Shown here piece after piece: positions 9,996 to 20,033 of a DNA stretch of 64,000 bases. Each line of letters starts with the position of its first letter. Position 1 is the stretch's first letter. The DNA is taken from positions 53,148 through 117,147 of the forward strand of contig JBKAGE010000041.1 in the NCBI GenBank assembly GCA_046290225.1, in the 5' to 3' direction. The notes beneath the pieces are model-generated. The model had not been told where the DNA came from. It saw only the letters and a list, made by a program, of their open reading frames with translations, and did no database searches. The stretch comes from Bradymonadia bacterium. Lineage in GTDB: Bacteria; Myxococcota_A; Bradymonadia; UBA7976; UBA1532. The position numbers and the translations under genes were made by a program.

Positions 9996-11309
9996 CTACT
10001 TGAGGCCGAAGCGCTCCATTTTGCTGATGAGCGTAGCCCGGTTGATGCCCAACGCCCTCGCACATGCGCTTTGGTTGTTGTTCGCGCGAGCGAGGGCTTC
10101 GGTGATGAGACTGCGCTCGTAGATCTCTACCCGCGCTTTGAGCGTGAGCGGCTCGTCGGTTGTCCCAGAGCCGTCGAAGGGGTCCTCGTCGATGTACGTG
10201 CTCGGCGCGAGGGCTACCAATCGCTCGATCGTGTGTTGAAGCTCGCGCACGTTGCCAGGCCAGGGGGCGCCCACAAGCAGCTCAAGGACTCTGGGGCTCA
10301 ATGTGATGGGGCCCAGCCCGAAGCGCTCGCCATAGATGCGGGCGAAGTGTCGGGCCAGGGGGCGGACGTCGGCGCGGCGATCCCGCAGCGGGGGGAGCCG
10401 GATCGCCACGACGTTGAGGCGGTAATAGAGATCGCGGCGGAAGGTGGACACTTGATCGAGAGGGCGCCCGCTCATGGCGATGATGCGCACGTCGATGGGC
10501 TCGGCCTGCTCCGAGCCCACGGGGCGGACCTCGCGCTCTTGCAGGACTCGGAGCACTGAGGCCTGAGCCCGAGGCGCCAGGCTGTCGACTTCGTCGAGCA
10601 CCAGGGTGCCGCCGTGAGCAGCCCGAAACAGGCCCTTTCGACTGCCTGCTGCGCCTGTGAATGCGCCCTTTACGTAACCGAACAACTCCGCTTCGGCGAG
10701 CTCAGCGGGGAGCGCGGCGCAGTTGAAACAGATGTAGGGCCCCTCACGGCGGGCGGAACTCTCGAGGATGGCCCGGGCCACGCACTCCTTGCCCGTGCCT
10801 GTCTCGCCTTCGATCAACACGGTCACGTCGCGGCCGGCGATGCGTTGCACGCGCTCGGCCACATGCATCATCTCCTGCGACTCGAAGATCATCGTCTGGC
10901 CCAGAGACATGCGCGCTTTGAGCGCCTGGTTCTCTCGGGCGAGGCTGCCGGTGTGCAAGACACGGCGGGCGACGCGTTCGACCTCGTCGGCGTCGAAGGG
11001 CTTCTTGAAGTAGTCCATCGCCCCGCGCTTCATCGCCTCTACAGCGGTGCGTTCGGAGCCGTGGGCGGTGATCATCACGAAGGGTGGGCTGCTCGGCTTC
11101 CCTTTGAGCGCCTCGAGCAGCCCGAAGCCGTCGAGCTTGGGCATGCGCAGATCGCTGATGATCAGGTCGACGTGCTCGGTCTCGAGCATCTCGAGGGCTT
11201 CGGCGCCATGTCTGGCTTCGAGCACTGTGGCAGGGAGATCGGACAAGATGGTTTTGAGGGTGAAGCGGACCGCCGCTTCGTCATCGACCACCAGCACACG
11301 AGGTGTCAT
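9996..11309 (-). CDS. Sigma-54-dependent response regulator (NtrC family)
   Basis: REC (VLVVDDE, DLRMP), GETGTGKE, GAFTGA, LDEV, WPGNVREL, Fis-type HTH. Confidence 0.95.
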   Translation of the reverse strand: MTPRVLVVDDEAAVRFTLKTILSDLPATVLEARHGAEALEMLETEHVDLIISDLRMPKLDGFGLLEALKGKPSSPPFVMITAHGSERTAVEAMKRGAMDYFKKPFDADEVERVARRVLHTGSLARENQALKARMSLGQTMIFESQEMMHVAERVQRIAGRDVTVLIEGETGTGKECVARAILESSARREGPYICFNCAALPAELAEAELFGYVKGAFTGAAGSRKGLFRAAHGGTLVLDEVDSLAPRAQASVLRVLQEREVRPVGSEQAEPIDVRIIAMSGRPLDQVSTFRRDLYYRLNVVAIRLPPLRDRRADVRPLARHFARIYGERFGLGPITLSPRVLELLVGAPWPGNVRELQHTIERLVALAPSTYIDEDPFDGSGTTDEPLTLKARVEIYERSLITEALARANNNQSACARALGINRATLISKMERFGLK

Positions 11310-12547
11310 GGCGTGTCTCCTGCCTTGGGAAGCGTGAGGGTGCTCACGGCGCCGCCCTCAGGGCGGTTCGCGAGCTCGAGGTTACCGCCGTGCTGCTGGG
11401 CCAGCGCCAGCGAGATGGAGAGCCCGAGGCCGCTGCCCTCGGGCTTGTCGGTGACGCCCGCCGTGAAAAGGCGCTGGGGGTCGCCCTCGATGCCAGGGCC
11501 GTCGTCTTCCACCCGCATCTGAAGATGTGTGTGGCCATCAATGATGACGATGTCGATCGAGCGTGCGCCGGCTTGAAAGGCGTTGAGCACGAGGTTGCCC
11601 AGGATCTGCTTCACCTTTCGGGGGTCGGCTTGCACGGCCCCAGAGCCGGAATGTGTGAGCACGGCATCTTGGGCGGTGAGCATGGGGGCGTGGAGCAGCA
11701 CGACCTCGCTGGCGAGCTGGGTCATGTCCACCCTGTGCAGGTTGAGATCGCTCAAGGGGCGGGCCACGTCGAGCAGGTGATCCATGATGCCGCCCATACG
11801 ATGGATCTCACCCACCATCACCGTGAGCTGCTCGCTGAGGGCGGTGCCGGGCTCTGCCTTTCGGGCCATGTGAGTGGCGAGGCCTTGGATGGCCGCCAGC
11901 GGGTTCTTCAGCTCGTGGGCCAGGGCGCCGCTGATGGCCGTCAGCTCGCGGTTGCGCACACGGAGCCCCTCGGCGAGCTGGGCTTGAAGCTGGACCCCAT
12001 ACTCCTTGGAGGCCTCCAGAGCTGCTCGGGTGTTGGCAGTGATGGTGGCCATGGCGATGGCGAAGGCGATGAGCACATACGCCCAGATGAAGGGGCCCAG
12101 CTGCTTGCCCAGCTCGGTCGTGGAGTCGAGCATGCGTGGGACGTACCCCGGGAGGCGGGGCAACAGGATGGCCGCGATGATCACGAGGCAGCCGAAGCAC
12201 ACGCGGAGCACCATGGCTCGAGAGGGCCCGGAAACCAGTGCAGAGGCCGCCATGGTCACCACCAGCACCGCGATGAAGGGACTCTCCAGGCCACCGGTGA
12301 GCAACGTCATCATCGATGGACCCACGACGATGGCGTTGAGTGGTAGAGCCGCAGGCAGCTGATGCATCTGCCTGTAGAGGAGCTGTGTCACTAAAAGTAT
12401 CGTGAGCGCGACGAGCAGCGGTACCCATCGCCAGAAGGGTTCGCTCGTGTAGATGAGCAGGCCGGCCATAGGGGCCACGGTGGCCAGCGCCACGAAGCGG
12501 GCGCGGCCGAGGATCATGTCCGGAGAGTTGTCTTGCATGCCCTGCAT
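11306..12547 (-). CDS. Membrane sensor histidine kinase
   Basis: Several TM helices; AHELKNPL H-box; NLVLNA, DDGPGI, GSGLGL; ATGA overlap with the regulator. Confidence 0.93.
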   Translation of the reverse strand: MQGMQDNSPDMILGRARFVALATVAPMAGLLIYTSEPFWRWVPLLVALTILLVTQLLYRQMHQLPAALPLNAIVVGPSMMTLLTGGLESPFIAVLVVTMAASALVSGPSRAMVLRVCFGCLVIIAAILLPRLPGYVPRMLDSTTELGKQLGPFIWAYVLIAFAIAMATITANTRAALEASKEYGVQLQAQLAEGLRVRNRELTAISGALAHELKNPLAAIQGLATHMARKAEPGTALSEQLTVMVGEIHRMGGIMDHLLDVARPLSDLNLHRVDMTQLASEVVLLHAPMLTAQDAVLTHSGSGAVQADPRKVKQILGNLVLNAFQAGARSIDIVIIDGHTHLQMRVEDDGPGIEGDPQRLFTAGVTDKPEGSGLGLSISLALAQQHGGNLELANRPEGGAVSTLTLPKAGDTP

Positions 12548-12593
12548 GGCAGGGACTGTAGAGGCCGACGCCCCGAGATGTCGAATGACATGA

Positions 12594-13346
12594 TCAGGGA
12601 TCCTCGAGGAAGGGGTCCACGGGCGGGCGCACGCTCAGCTCGATGACGTGCTCAGCGTCGCCGCAACGGGGCGCGCCCTCCAAGCCGACCGCTATCGGGG
12701 TCGAGATGACGGGTGCATCTGCCCCCACCGTAGGCAGGGTGGGGGCGGTGATGGTCAGCTGCACTTGATCCTGGTTGGGATCGACCTCCAACAAGCGCGG
12801 CACCGACAACAGTGGGGTGTCACAGTCTCTCGGCCCATCACAGCAAGGCGTAAGCCACACCCGCAGCCCCTCGCTCACCCGGGCTGGTGATCCATCGACC
12901 ACCAGATCGAGGGTGACGTTCGCAGAGTCGAACCCGTCGGCGGTGAGAGGCCTCTCTGGTGCGGTGACGACCACCTCGTCGGGCAATCGAGCGCTGAGCA
13001 TCAACGAATCGTCCAGGGCGGTGTACGGCCCCGCTTTCACCTCCACCAGCACTGGGCCCGGGATACGCCCGAAGCGAATGGGCACTTGGACGAGGCCGTC
13101 TTCTGGTGTTGTCGTCTGATGCTCGGTGTCGTCGCCGATGGTGGCCCCCGTGACCTGAATCTCCACCTCGCGGCGGAAGAGGCGGGCGGCTTCGTCCAGC
13201 TGCACCTCGACGGTGGCGCGGCCCAGACCATCGGCGTATGCCTGAGCTGCGTCAGTGACGATAGAGATCTCGATCGCGCCCTCTTCGGGGGGATCGATGC
13301 ATGCACACAAGGCTAGGCCCAATGTGCAGATCCAGGGTGTCCGCAT
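12594..13346 (-). CDS. Lipoprotein with invasin/Big-like Ig repeats
   Basis: AAGGAG RBS overlaps the secretin stop; lipobox LCAC; YADGLGRATVEV and LTADGFDSANVTL motifs. Confidence 0.6.
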   Translation of the reverse strand: MRTPWICTLGLALCACIDPPEEGAIEISIVTDAAQAYADGLGRATVEVQLDEAARLFRREVEIQVTGATIGDDTEHQTTTPEDGLVQVPIRFGRIPGPVLVEVKAGPYTALDDSLMLSARLPDEVVVTAPERPLTADGFDSANVTLDLVVDGSPARVSEGLRVWLTPCCDGPRDCDTPLLSVPRLLEVDPNQDQVQLTITAPTLPTVGADAPVISTPIAVGLEGAPRCGDAEHVIELSVRPPVDPFLEDP

Positions 13347-13356
13347 CTTCATCTCC

Positions 13357-15114
13357 TTAGAAGTAGAGTGTCTCGAGGACATCGCGCAGGAATCGGCGGC
13401 CGCGGCGCCCGGCGGCGCTGGGCGTGTCGAGATCTTCTTCGGGCAAATCCACCCCGGTGAAGGTGAGATCGCCCCGGCGAAACTCTCGGTGGAGCGCGCT
13501 CCCCCGGGCGTTCGAGAAAGCTGTGAGGTTGTTCCGTGTGGGCTTTAAGAAGTCCGAGAAACGATCTTGAAGCTGCCGCGAGAGCGCCACCCCACCCTCC
13601 GAGAGCTGCCCTTTGTCGTTCAACTGCAGTGGTCGTCGGGGTGTGAGCAGGATGATCAGGGTGGCGTTCTGCTCCGACTCGCTCGTTGTGCTGAACAGGT
13701 ATTGCAAGATGGGGATGTCCCTCAGGATGGGCACCCCGCTTCGGCTGTTGGAGCGGCGCTTGGTGTTGCCTGCCGCGAGGGCGATGGTCTGCCCGAAGGC
13801 CAGCTCCGCGGTGACCGAGGTGCGGTTCTTCACCGTGGCCACTGCCTGCTCGAAGGTCCCTGGGGCTGCGGTGGGTAAAAAGGCGCCAAACTCGGTGCGC
13901 ACGCTGACGCGCAAGCGATCGTCTTCCAAGAAGGTGGGGCGGACGTTCAAGGTGATGCCCACCTCCTTGTTGTACGAGCTGCCCCCGAGCTGGCCTGGGG
14001 CGATGTAGGTCACCTCGCTGCCGATGAAGACCTCCGACTCTTCGTTGTCGTGGGCCACCACTGAGGGTCGGGCGACGATCTCGTTGTGACTGTCGCTGGC
14101 GTTGGCGATGTTCAGCGAATAGGTCACCTCGGGCATGCTGATGCTGACGCTGCTGGAGCCGCTCTCCTCGAAGGAGGTCACCGCACCTGTGGTGACGTCG
14201 CGGTTGGTGCTCCGGGAAGCGTCAAGCAGGGTGGAGCCAAATTGCACCTGCAGAGCCGACAACAGGTTCACGCCTCGCTGGCTGGAAGTAGAGTTCTCCT
14301 GTGACAACACCACGGCGTCGAAGACCACCATCTTTGCCGCTTCCGGTGTTTTGGGGTTCGAGTCCTCAGCGTGTGGTGACTCTTCTGTGTCCACAGGCAC
14401 GGCGTGTGAGGTGGCCTGCATCGCCTCATGTACAGTACGCCAGGTGTGTAGTCGTTGGGCGAGTGCGCCTGGAGCTGCACCGCCAGTATTGCGATAGATC
14501 TTCAGGTGGTGCGCCGCGGCGTCGTGATCACCCATCGCTGCAGAGACCAGCCCATGGGCGCGTTGGATCTGAGGCTCGGTCGATGCCGCGGGCGGCAGGC
14601 GCTCGAGGGCAACCTGAGCGGCTTTGGGATCGCCGGCATTGTAGGCGGCCACCACCAGGCCGTAGAGCGGCTCTGGTCGCTCGGGAGCAGAGCGTGCGGC
14701 CTGAGCGAAGGCCTCACGGGCTTCAGGCCCACGCCGTTGCCTCCACAACAGGCGCCCCAGCCGATATGCCGCAGCCCAGTGGTGTGGGTTGAACCGCAGC
14801 GCCAGCCGATAGCCCACTTCGGCGAGAGATGCCGACTTCTGAGCGCCCGCCTCGGCCCGCAGGTCGTAGACATAGGCGTTGAAGAAGTGCAAGTGAGCGT
14901 CTTGCGGCGCGGCCTGTAACCCAGCGTTGAAGGCCACACTGGCTGCGTCGAGATCCCCATCCCACAGCGCGCCCAGGCCATCGGCGAGGGCAGCGCGTGC
15001 CCCAGGGGCCGTCGGCGGTACGCGCTGCTGCAAATCGGATGGTAAACGCTCGATGCCCTGAGCTGCGCAGCTCATCAGCCAGAGGGCGAGCGAGAACGTG
15101 AGTGTGTATCTCAT
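13357..15114 (-). CDS. TPR-containing lipoprotein secretin (type II/III secretion outer-membrane pore family)
   Basis: Lipobox LMSC; TPR helices; ARPSVVAHDNEESEVFIG, KEVGITLNVRP, SGVPILRDIPILQYLFS, LIILLTPR. Confidence 0.88.
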   Translation of the reverse strand: MRYTLTFSLALWLMSCAAQGIERLPSDLQQRVPPTAPGARAALADGLGALWDGDLDAASVAFNAGLQAAPQDAHLHFFNAYVYDLRAEAGAQKSASLAEVGYRLALRFNPHHWAAAYRLGRLLWRQRRGPEAREAFAQAARSAPERPEPLYGLVVAAYNAGDPKAAQVALERLPPAASTEPQIQRAHGLVSAAMGDHDAAAHHLKIYRNTGGAAPGALAQRLHTWRTVHEAMQATSHAVPVDTEESPHAEDSNPKTPEAAKMVVFDAVVLSQENSTSSQRGVNLLSALQVQFGSTLLDASRSTNRDVTTGAVTSFEESGSSSVSISMPEVTYSLNIANASDSHNEIVARPSVVAHDNEESEVFIGSEVTYIAPGQLGGSSYNKEVGITLNVRPTFLEDDRLRVSVRTEFGAFLPTAAPGTFEQAVATVKNRTSVTAELAFGQTIALAAGNTKRRSNSRSGVPILRDIPILQYLFSTTSESEQNATLIILLTPRRPLQLNDKGQLSEGGVALSRQLQDRFSDFLKPTRNNLTAFSNARGSALHREFRRGDLTFTGVDLPEEDLDTPSAAGRRGRRFLRDVLETLYF

Positions 15115-15155
15115 GTGCACACCTGTTGGATCGTTTTTTGATGTGTTTTTGGGGC

Positions 15156-18100
15156 TCAGTGTGATTCGTCCCAACAGATGTTTGTATTGCATGGCACCCC
15201 TTTGCCGGGTGTGCAACGCATACAGTCACACCTGCCGTCGATATAGTCTCGAGCACTGATGCGCTCTTCTGTGCCAAACACCTGAACACGGCTCAGGTTC
15301 AATGGCACTCTGCCCCTCTGGTAGATCCAGACGTATCGAGTTGAGGAGATTGAACGGAAATACACGTTCTGAGAGAGATGGGCGAAGGGCTTGTCTTGGG
15401 GGCTGATGAGATCGAAGGCAGCCTCAGGCGTGGGTGCGCTGAGTTCTGTTGCATCAGAAGGTACGAAGGTCTGGGTGTCAGGGTTGTCGAAGTCGGCTTC
15501 CCCCTCCTCGGGCTGGCTCACAGTGGCGAGTAGCTGTGCAGTACAGGCCCCTCGGGGTGCGATGACGTGATAGTTCCCGGCGCCGAGTTGATGGCGGCGC
15601 TGATACTTCATGTCATCGCCGAAATAGACATCGTCTTCGCTGAGCGCTGCTTTGAGGTCGTCCTGGGTCGACAGCACGACCAGGGCACCTTCGAGGCCAC
15701 CATGGCGTTGCCCTGTGCCGCTGGCGTTCTGAATGACGACTGCGCTGACCTCATAGGGTTTGCCGAGATCCACGCGCCACCAGGCGCCGTCTCGATCCGG
15801 GCGAAAACCTACCTCTGGGCACTCGGCGAAGCGTTGGGTGGATTGTATACCACCGCTGCTGCGAGTCTTATTGCGGATATAGGGGGTGGCGAGGATGAGA
15901 TCCTGGCGCTCGCGACCGCCCCACTCCACGTGTGAGCCCTTGCAGCTGATGGGTTGGTTGGGGTTGCTCTCAAGGCGAGTGGGCGCGCTGGGTCCAGTTT
16001 TGAGTCGCCGTGCGCTCTTGAACCAGCTCGATACTTCATCGACCACCTTGTGTAAGAGTTTGGCGGGCTTATTGGGATCTGCGTAGAACATGCCCGAGGT
16101 CGTACCTGTCGGGAACTTGTCTTTGATGTCACTGAAAGGCTTGATCGCGTCTTTGGCCACGGCGCCGAAGACCTTGTTGTCGTACACCATGGAGTATCCG
16201 GTGTGCTTGAGCGCGCCGTGTACCTGGCTGCGGACGCCCTCAGGGTTGAGGTTGCCGAGGCTGGTCGAGCCATAGGACTTGAGCAGCTGTTCACGCACCT
16301 TGGGGAAATAACCACCAAGGCCCTTGGCCATATCGTGGGCGAGCTCTGCGCTGCTGGCGGCTACACCGAAGGCCACTTCTGCGCCTTCGGCGAAGGCCTC
16401 GACGATCGGCCCAAGGGGCCCCAGGCAGTCGAGTGTACTATTTGCATTCCACGAAACATTAAGGCCACTGCTCAGGTTGAGCGAGTTGGCCCTAAAGCGG
16501 ACCCCGATCGGGCGGTAGGGGCAGTTGGCGTCGAGCCTGAAGTCGATGTGGCGCTTGCTGAGCTCGATCTCCACGTCCTCTTCGAAACTGATCGGAGGGA
16601 TGCTCACCTCGGCCTTGATCGCCATCTTGCCTTGGGTGCTGTTGCCTTTCTTCACCGTGGACACCAGCAGCACGCCAGCAGCGTCGAGGTAGTCGGACCA
16701 CCCGCTCAGGTCCACGTCGGCGTAGATCCCCCGGGCCTGACGACCCTTCTTCTTCTGCCCTGAGTGCCCCGTCTGCCAGTACTCCACCGTGAGATCGCCC
16801 ACCGTCTTGCCGAGCACCACCCCAGTGCCGCGGGCCATCACACGCTTGCCTTTGACGCACTTGTTTGCGCTCTCTCGCACAGCCTTGGATGCCAGGATTT
16901 GCTGGTTCTTGCCGATGAAGAACCCCATCATCTGGCTCAGATCAGGGCGACCCGCCACGTCGAGGTTGGCCTCCGAGTCATAGCTCAGACCTTTCACAGA
17001 GACCGCATCCAGCGGCACATTGTTGAAGACGCCCGTCATGTCTTCGAATGTCGCGCCCAGCACGGCGCGGCCGATGACCTGAACGAGCCGGCGGTAGTCG
17101 TCGAGGCTGACCTCGGCGGCGTTGAAGGCGAAGGCGTTGTCCACCTTGCACGTCTTCAGGGTGCACTGCGCGTAGAGAAAGTAGTCCTTCGACTCGCCCT
17201 GGTACGTGACGGTGGTCTTCCTGGCCCAGGCCTTTAACACCTTCTTGACGCCCCGTGCCCCACCCTGAGTGCTGCGGATCTCCACCACAGGCTCGGTCAT
17301 GGTCAGGCCGTCGATGGTGAAGATGTTGCTCCACCGCTGACGGCTCAGCCGCACCCACCACGTCTTCCGCGGCCTGGGGTTGCAGTCATCTGCTGCGGCC
17401 TTGCCATGAGCGGCGTGCACGCGCACGCCGCAGTCTCCATTGCAGAATCCGATGCTCGTGAGGGCGCTCCTCAGATCGCCAGCGCCCAGAGACACGCGGC
17501 CGAAGACGTTCTGGCCGCCGACCATGGCGAGGGTTTGGCGCGTGTCCACTTGCTGGATGCGGGTCCGGATGGGAGTGGGGAGCCCGCTCATGGCGACGGC
17601 GCTGTGGGCGTTGTCGAAGGGCACCCACAGGAACACCGTGTGCTGCACCTTCACGTCTCCGAGCTCGTTGAGGTAGGGCACCTCGGTGAGCAGGGTAGAC
17701 AAGTCGAACTTCGCATCCTGAGGCAGCAAGGCGATGTTGGGCTGGTTCTTCTTTTGGCCGTCGAGCGTGGGCCAGTAGAGGACGAGCTGGAAGTTGGCGC
17801 CGAGCAGCCTGAGGTTCTTCTGGTACCACGTCACCCCAGCCTCAGTGCGCTTGTCCAGCGTGGCGTCGGCGAGATTGTCGAGGGCGTTGTGGACCAACCC
17901 TTGATTGTTCGAGCCCACAGCTTGGCGGGCCTGTGACACGATCTGCTTGTCCGGGTTGTTGCCAGTCGCTGGGGGATTGCCGCCCACAGGAGGGCTAGGT
18001 TGGCCCACTGAGGGGCTGCCGCCACCGTCGCCTGTAGGGAAGATGACCCCGGTGAGCGTCAGCCAGGAGGCCACCGTGCCGCCCTCGGCGAAGCTCAGCT

Positions 18101-19931
18101 GCCCATTGCCCTTGAGCTCGAGCCGGGCAGACTTGCTGTCGCTGTGGCTGCTGAAAGTGTGGGCGCTCGCGGGCCCGCTGCCGCGGGGCAAGGTGAGGAA
18201 GGTTGCTCTAGGCGCGTTGGTGATGAGGCCGGTGAGTACGGTGAAGGGCCCAACGTTGGTGGCTCGGGGCGGGCCAAAGCCGTCCGAGCCATAGGGGACA
18301 GCGCCGTTGAGGGCCATGGCGCTGCCTTTCCCCGTGGGGAACGCGATGCCCGCGAGGCTGATCCAGCCGCCGTGGTCGGGGGTGTGGAGGAAGACCTCAC
18401 CGTTGGGCTGGATGTCCACTCGGCCTTGTCCATTTTGGATGGCCACCTGAAACATCAGCCGCTCTGCGGGGCGCAAATGGTTGGGCAGAGTGGTGATACG
18501 GCCGCGACCGCGTCGGCCACGTACCATGCCGGACAGCACCACTAGATTACGGTGTTTGTACGCGCGCAAGTCTCCGTAATTCTGGCCGAAGTGGCTGAAC
18601 CCGGAGGCTGGGGTCAAGCGCTCGGCGTCACGCGTGGAAAAGGTGAGCCCGTCGAAGCTGATCCGGCCTCGGGTAATGGGGTAGTCCTCACGAGCGACGA
18701 TGTGTCCGTTGGGTCGTATCTCGAGCTGCACGATGTCAGCGCCTTGGGGCCGGCTGAAGATCTGTTTCTTGAGCGGACGCATCCCGAGGGGTAGCTGCGC
18801 GATGGCGCTCAGGCGTGTTGTACGGGTCATGCCGTGGAGCACGACGATCGGTGGATCGGCCGTGGCCGAAGGGGTCCCGTAGGGGCGCCCCCATCTTTTG
18901 TCCCCGTACAACAGCTCCAGTGGTTTGGTGCCTTCGACCACTGGGGCCTCACCGCCGGGCAGGAGCACGAGGCCAGAGACGGTGAGCCACGAACCCTCGA
19001 CGCCACCCTCGGAGAACTGCAGGCCACCCTCAGTAAATAGGTCGAGGCGGGCTGTTCGATCGCCGCTGTAGCCGTTGAGAATTCGCATACTGGCGGTGCG
19101 CAGCTCTCTGGGCAGCGTGAAGAGCGTCTCTTCGGAGTTGGCGTTGGTCACCATGCCCGTCAGCACGGCGAAGGGCCCTGCCATGAACACTCGAGGTGGG
19201 CCGAAGCCGACGTTACGGTACGGATTTACACCAGGCCCAAGGGGCAGCAACTTGCCCTGCTTCGTGGGGAACACCACCCCTGACAAGTTGACGCGCCCGC
19301 CGTGATCGGCGGTGTGCAAGTGCACCTCGCCGTTGATCTCCACATGCACCCGGAGCGGGCCATCGACGCCAGCAACCTGGAACATCAGGCGTTCTTTGGG
19401 TCGCAACTGAGCCGGCAGTGTCGTGATTCGGCCGCGGCCAGCAGGCGCGTGGACCAAGCCCATCAGCACCACGAGGTCTCGATGTTTGTAGGCTCTCAGA
19501 TCGCCATAGCCGTTCTCCCAATTGCGAAAGCCAGAGCCCAACGAGAGGCGCTCGGCCTCTCTCGTGGAGAAGGTGATCCCATCGAGGCTGACCCAGTTGC
19601 CCAAGGGGGCGCCGCCATCCTTCACCTTGATGTAGCCGGCGTTGTCCACGGCGATCTGGAGGGTGCCCTCGCCTTTGTTCTGGCTGAAGACAAGCGTGCG
19701 CGAAGGGCGCATGTTTCGAGGCAGGCGGGCGATTTTTCCGCGTTTGGTGGTGTGCACCACCCCATGCAGCACCACGATGGGATCATCGCGGGTCGCTGCA
19801 GGGGTGGCGTAGGGGCTGCCCCAGGCTCGAGCGCCGTTGAGCAGCTCCAGTGGCGTGGTCGTGTGGGCGTGCGCTTTGACGCCCCACAACACCCAAAATA
19901 TAACAACGAGATGACGAAGGCCGGTGTGCAC
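15156..19931 (-). CDS. Giant secreted protein: six phage tail-fibre/RBP-head-like repeats, unknown core, C-terminal F5/8C/fucolectin-like domain
   Basis: Signal peptide AHA; six ~100-aa repeats VVLxG...I/FxxLPxxxRP...(W)xSLxGxxF; WWRVDLGKPYEVSAVVIQN...RYVWI...VQVFG; GGAGGG RBS. Confidence 0.75.
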   Translation of the reverse strand: MHTGLRHLVVIFWVLWGVKAHAHTTTPLELLNGARAWGSPYATPAATRDDPIVVLHGVVHTTKRGKIARLPRNMRPSRTLVFSQNKGEGTLQIAVDNAGYIKVKDGGAPLGNWVSLDGITFSTREAERLSLGSGFRNWENGYGDLRAYKHRDLVVLMGLVHAPAGRGRITTLPAQLRPKERLMFQVAGVDGPLRVHVEINGEVHLHTADHGGRVNLSGVVFPTKQGKLLPLGPGVNPYRNVGFGPPRVFMAGPFAVLTGMVTNANSEETLFTLPRELRTASMRILNGYSGDRTARLDLFTEGGLQFSEGGVEGSWLTVSGLVLLPGGEAPVVEGTKPLELLYGDKRWGRPYGTPSATADPPIVVLHGMTRTTRLSAIAQLPLGMRPLKKQIFSRPQGADIVQLEIRPNGHIVAREDYPITRGRISFDGLTFSTRDAERLTPASGFSHFGQNYGDLRAYKHRNLVVLSGMVRGRRGRGRITTLPNHLRPAERLMFQVAIQNGQGRVDIQPNGEVFLHTPDHGGWISLAGIAFPTGKGSAMALNGAVPYGSDGFGPPRATNVGPFTVLTGLITNAPRATFLTLPRGSGPASAHTFSSHSDSKSARLELKGNGQLSFAEGGTVASWLTLTGVIFPTGDGGGSPSVGQPSPPVGGNPPATGNNPDKQIVSQARQAVGSNNQGLVHNALDNLADATLDKRTEAGVTWYQKNLRLLGANFQLVLYWPTLDGQKKNQPNIALLPQDAKFDLSTLLTEVPYLNELGDVKVQHTVFLWVPFDNAHSAVAMSGLPTPIRTRIQQVDTRQTLAMVGGQNVFGRVSLGAGDLRSALTSIGFCNGDCGVRVHAAHGKAAADDCNPRPRKTWWVRLSRQRWSNIFTIDGLTMTEPVVEIRSTQGGARGVKKVLKAWARKTTVTYQGESKDYFLYAQCTLKTCKVDNAFAFNAAEVSLDDYRRLVQVIGRAVLGATFEDMTGVFNNVPLDAVSVKGLSYDSEANLDVAGRPDLSQMMGFFIGKNQQILASKAVRESANKCVKGKRVMARGTGVVLGKTVGDLTVEYWQTGHSGQKKKGRQARGIYADVDLSGWSDYLDAAGVLLVSTVKKGNSTQGKMAIKAEVSIPPISFEEDVEIELSKRHIDFRLDANCPYRPIGVRFRANSLNLSSGLNVSWNANSTLDCLGPLGPIVEAFAEGAEVAFGVAASSAELAHDMAKGLGGYFPKVREQLLKSYGSTSLGNLNPEGVRSQVHGALKHTGYSMVYDNKVFGAVAKDAIKPFSDIKDKFPTGTTSGMFYADPNKPAKLLHKVVDEVSSWFKSARRLKTGPSAPTRLESNPNQPISCKGSHVEWGGRERQDLILATPYIRNKTRSSGGIQSTQRFAECPEVGFRPDRDGAWWRVDLGKPYEVSAVVIQNASGTGQRHGGLEGALVVLSTQDDLKAALSEDDVYFGDDMKYQRRHQLGAGNYHVIAPRGACTAQLLATVSQPEEGEADFDNPDTQTFVPSDATELSAPTPEAAFDLISPQDKPFAHLSQNVYFRSISSTRYVWIYQRGRVPLNLSRVQVFGTEERISARDYIDGRCDCMRCTPGKGVPCNTNICWDESH

Positions 19932-19966
19932 GTGCTTCCCTCCTGCGATGTGCAGAGGGGCGGTTC

Positions 19967-19983
19967 AGCACAGGCTATACCAG
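19967..19983 (-). promoter_or_regulatory. Putative sigma-54 (-24/-12) promoter
   Basis: Minus strand CTGGTATAGCCTGTGCT: GG-N10-GC with TGG and TGCT, 36 bp upstream of the GTG start. Confidence 0.6.
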
Positions 19984-20033
19984 CTGAGAATCGGCCTTAA
20001 ATCGGGCGCTGTCGGTGAAATGTGTTGGCTTGC

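Noticed and set aside
13357..19931. Prophage or filamentous phage (secretin plus tail-fibre-like repeats)
   Set aside because: No integrase, Zot ATPase, capsid, terminase or replication gene; the large protein has a Sec signal peptide
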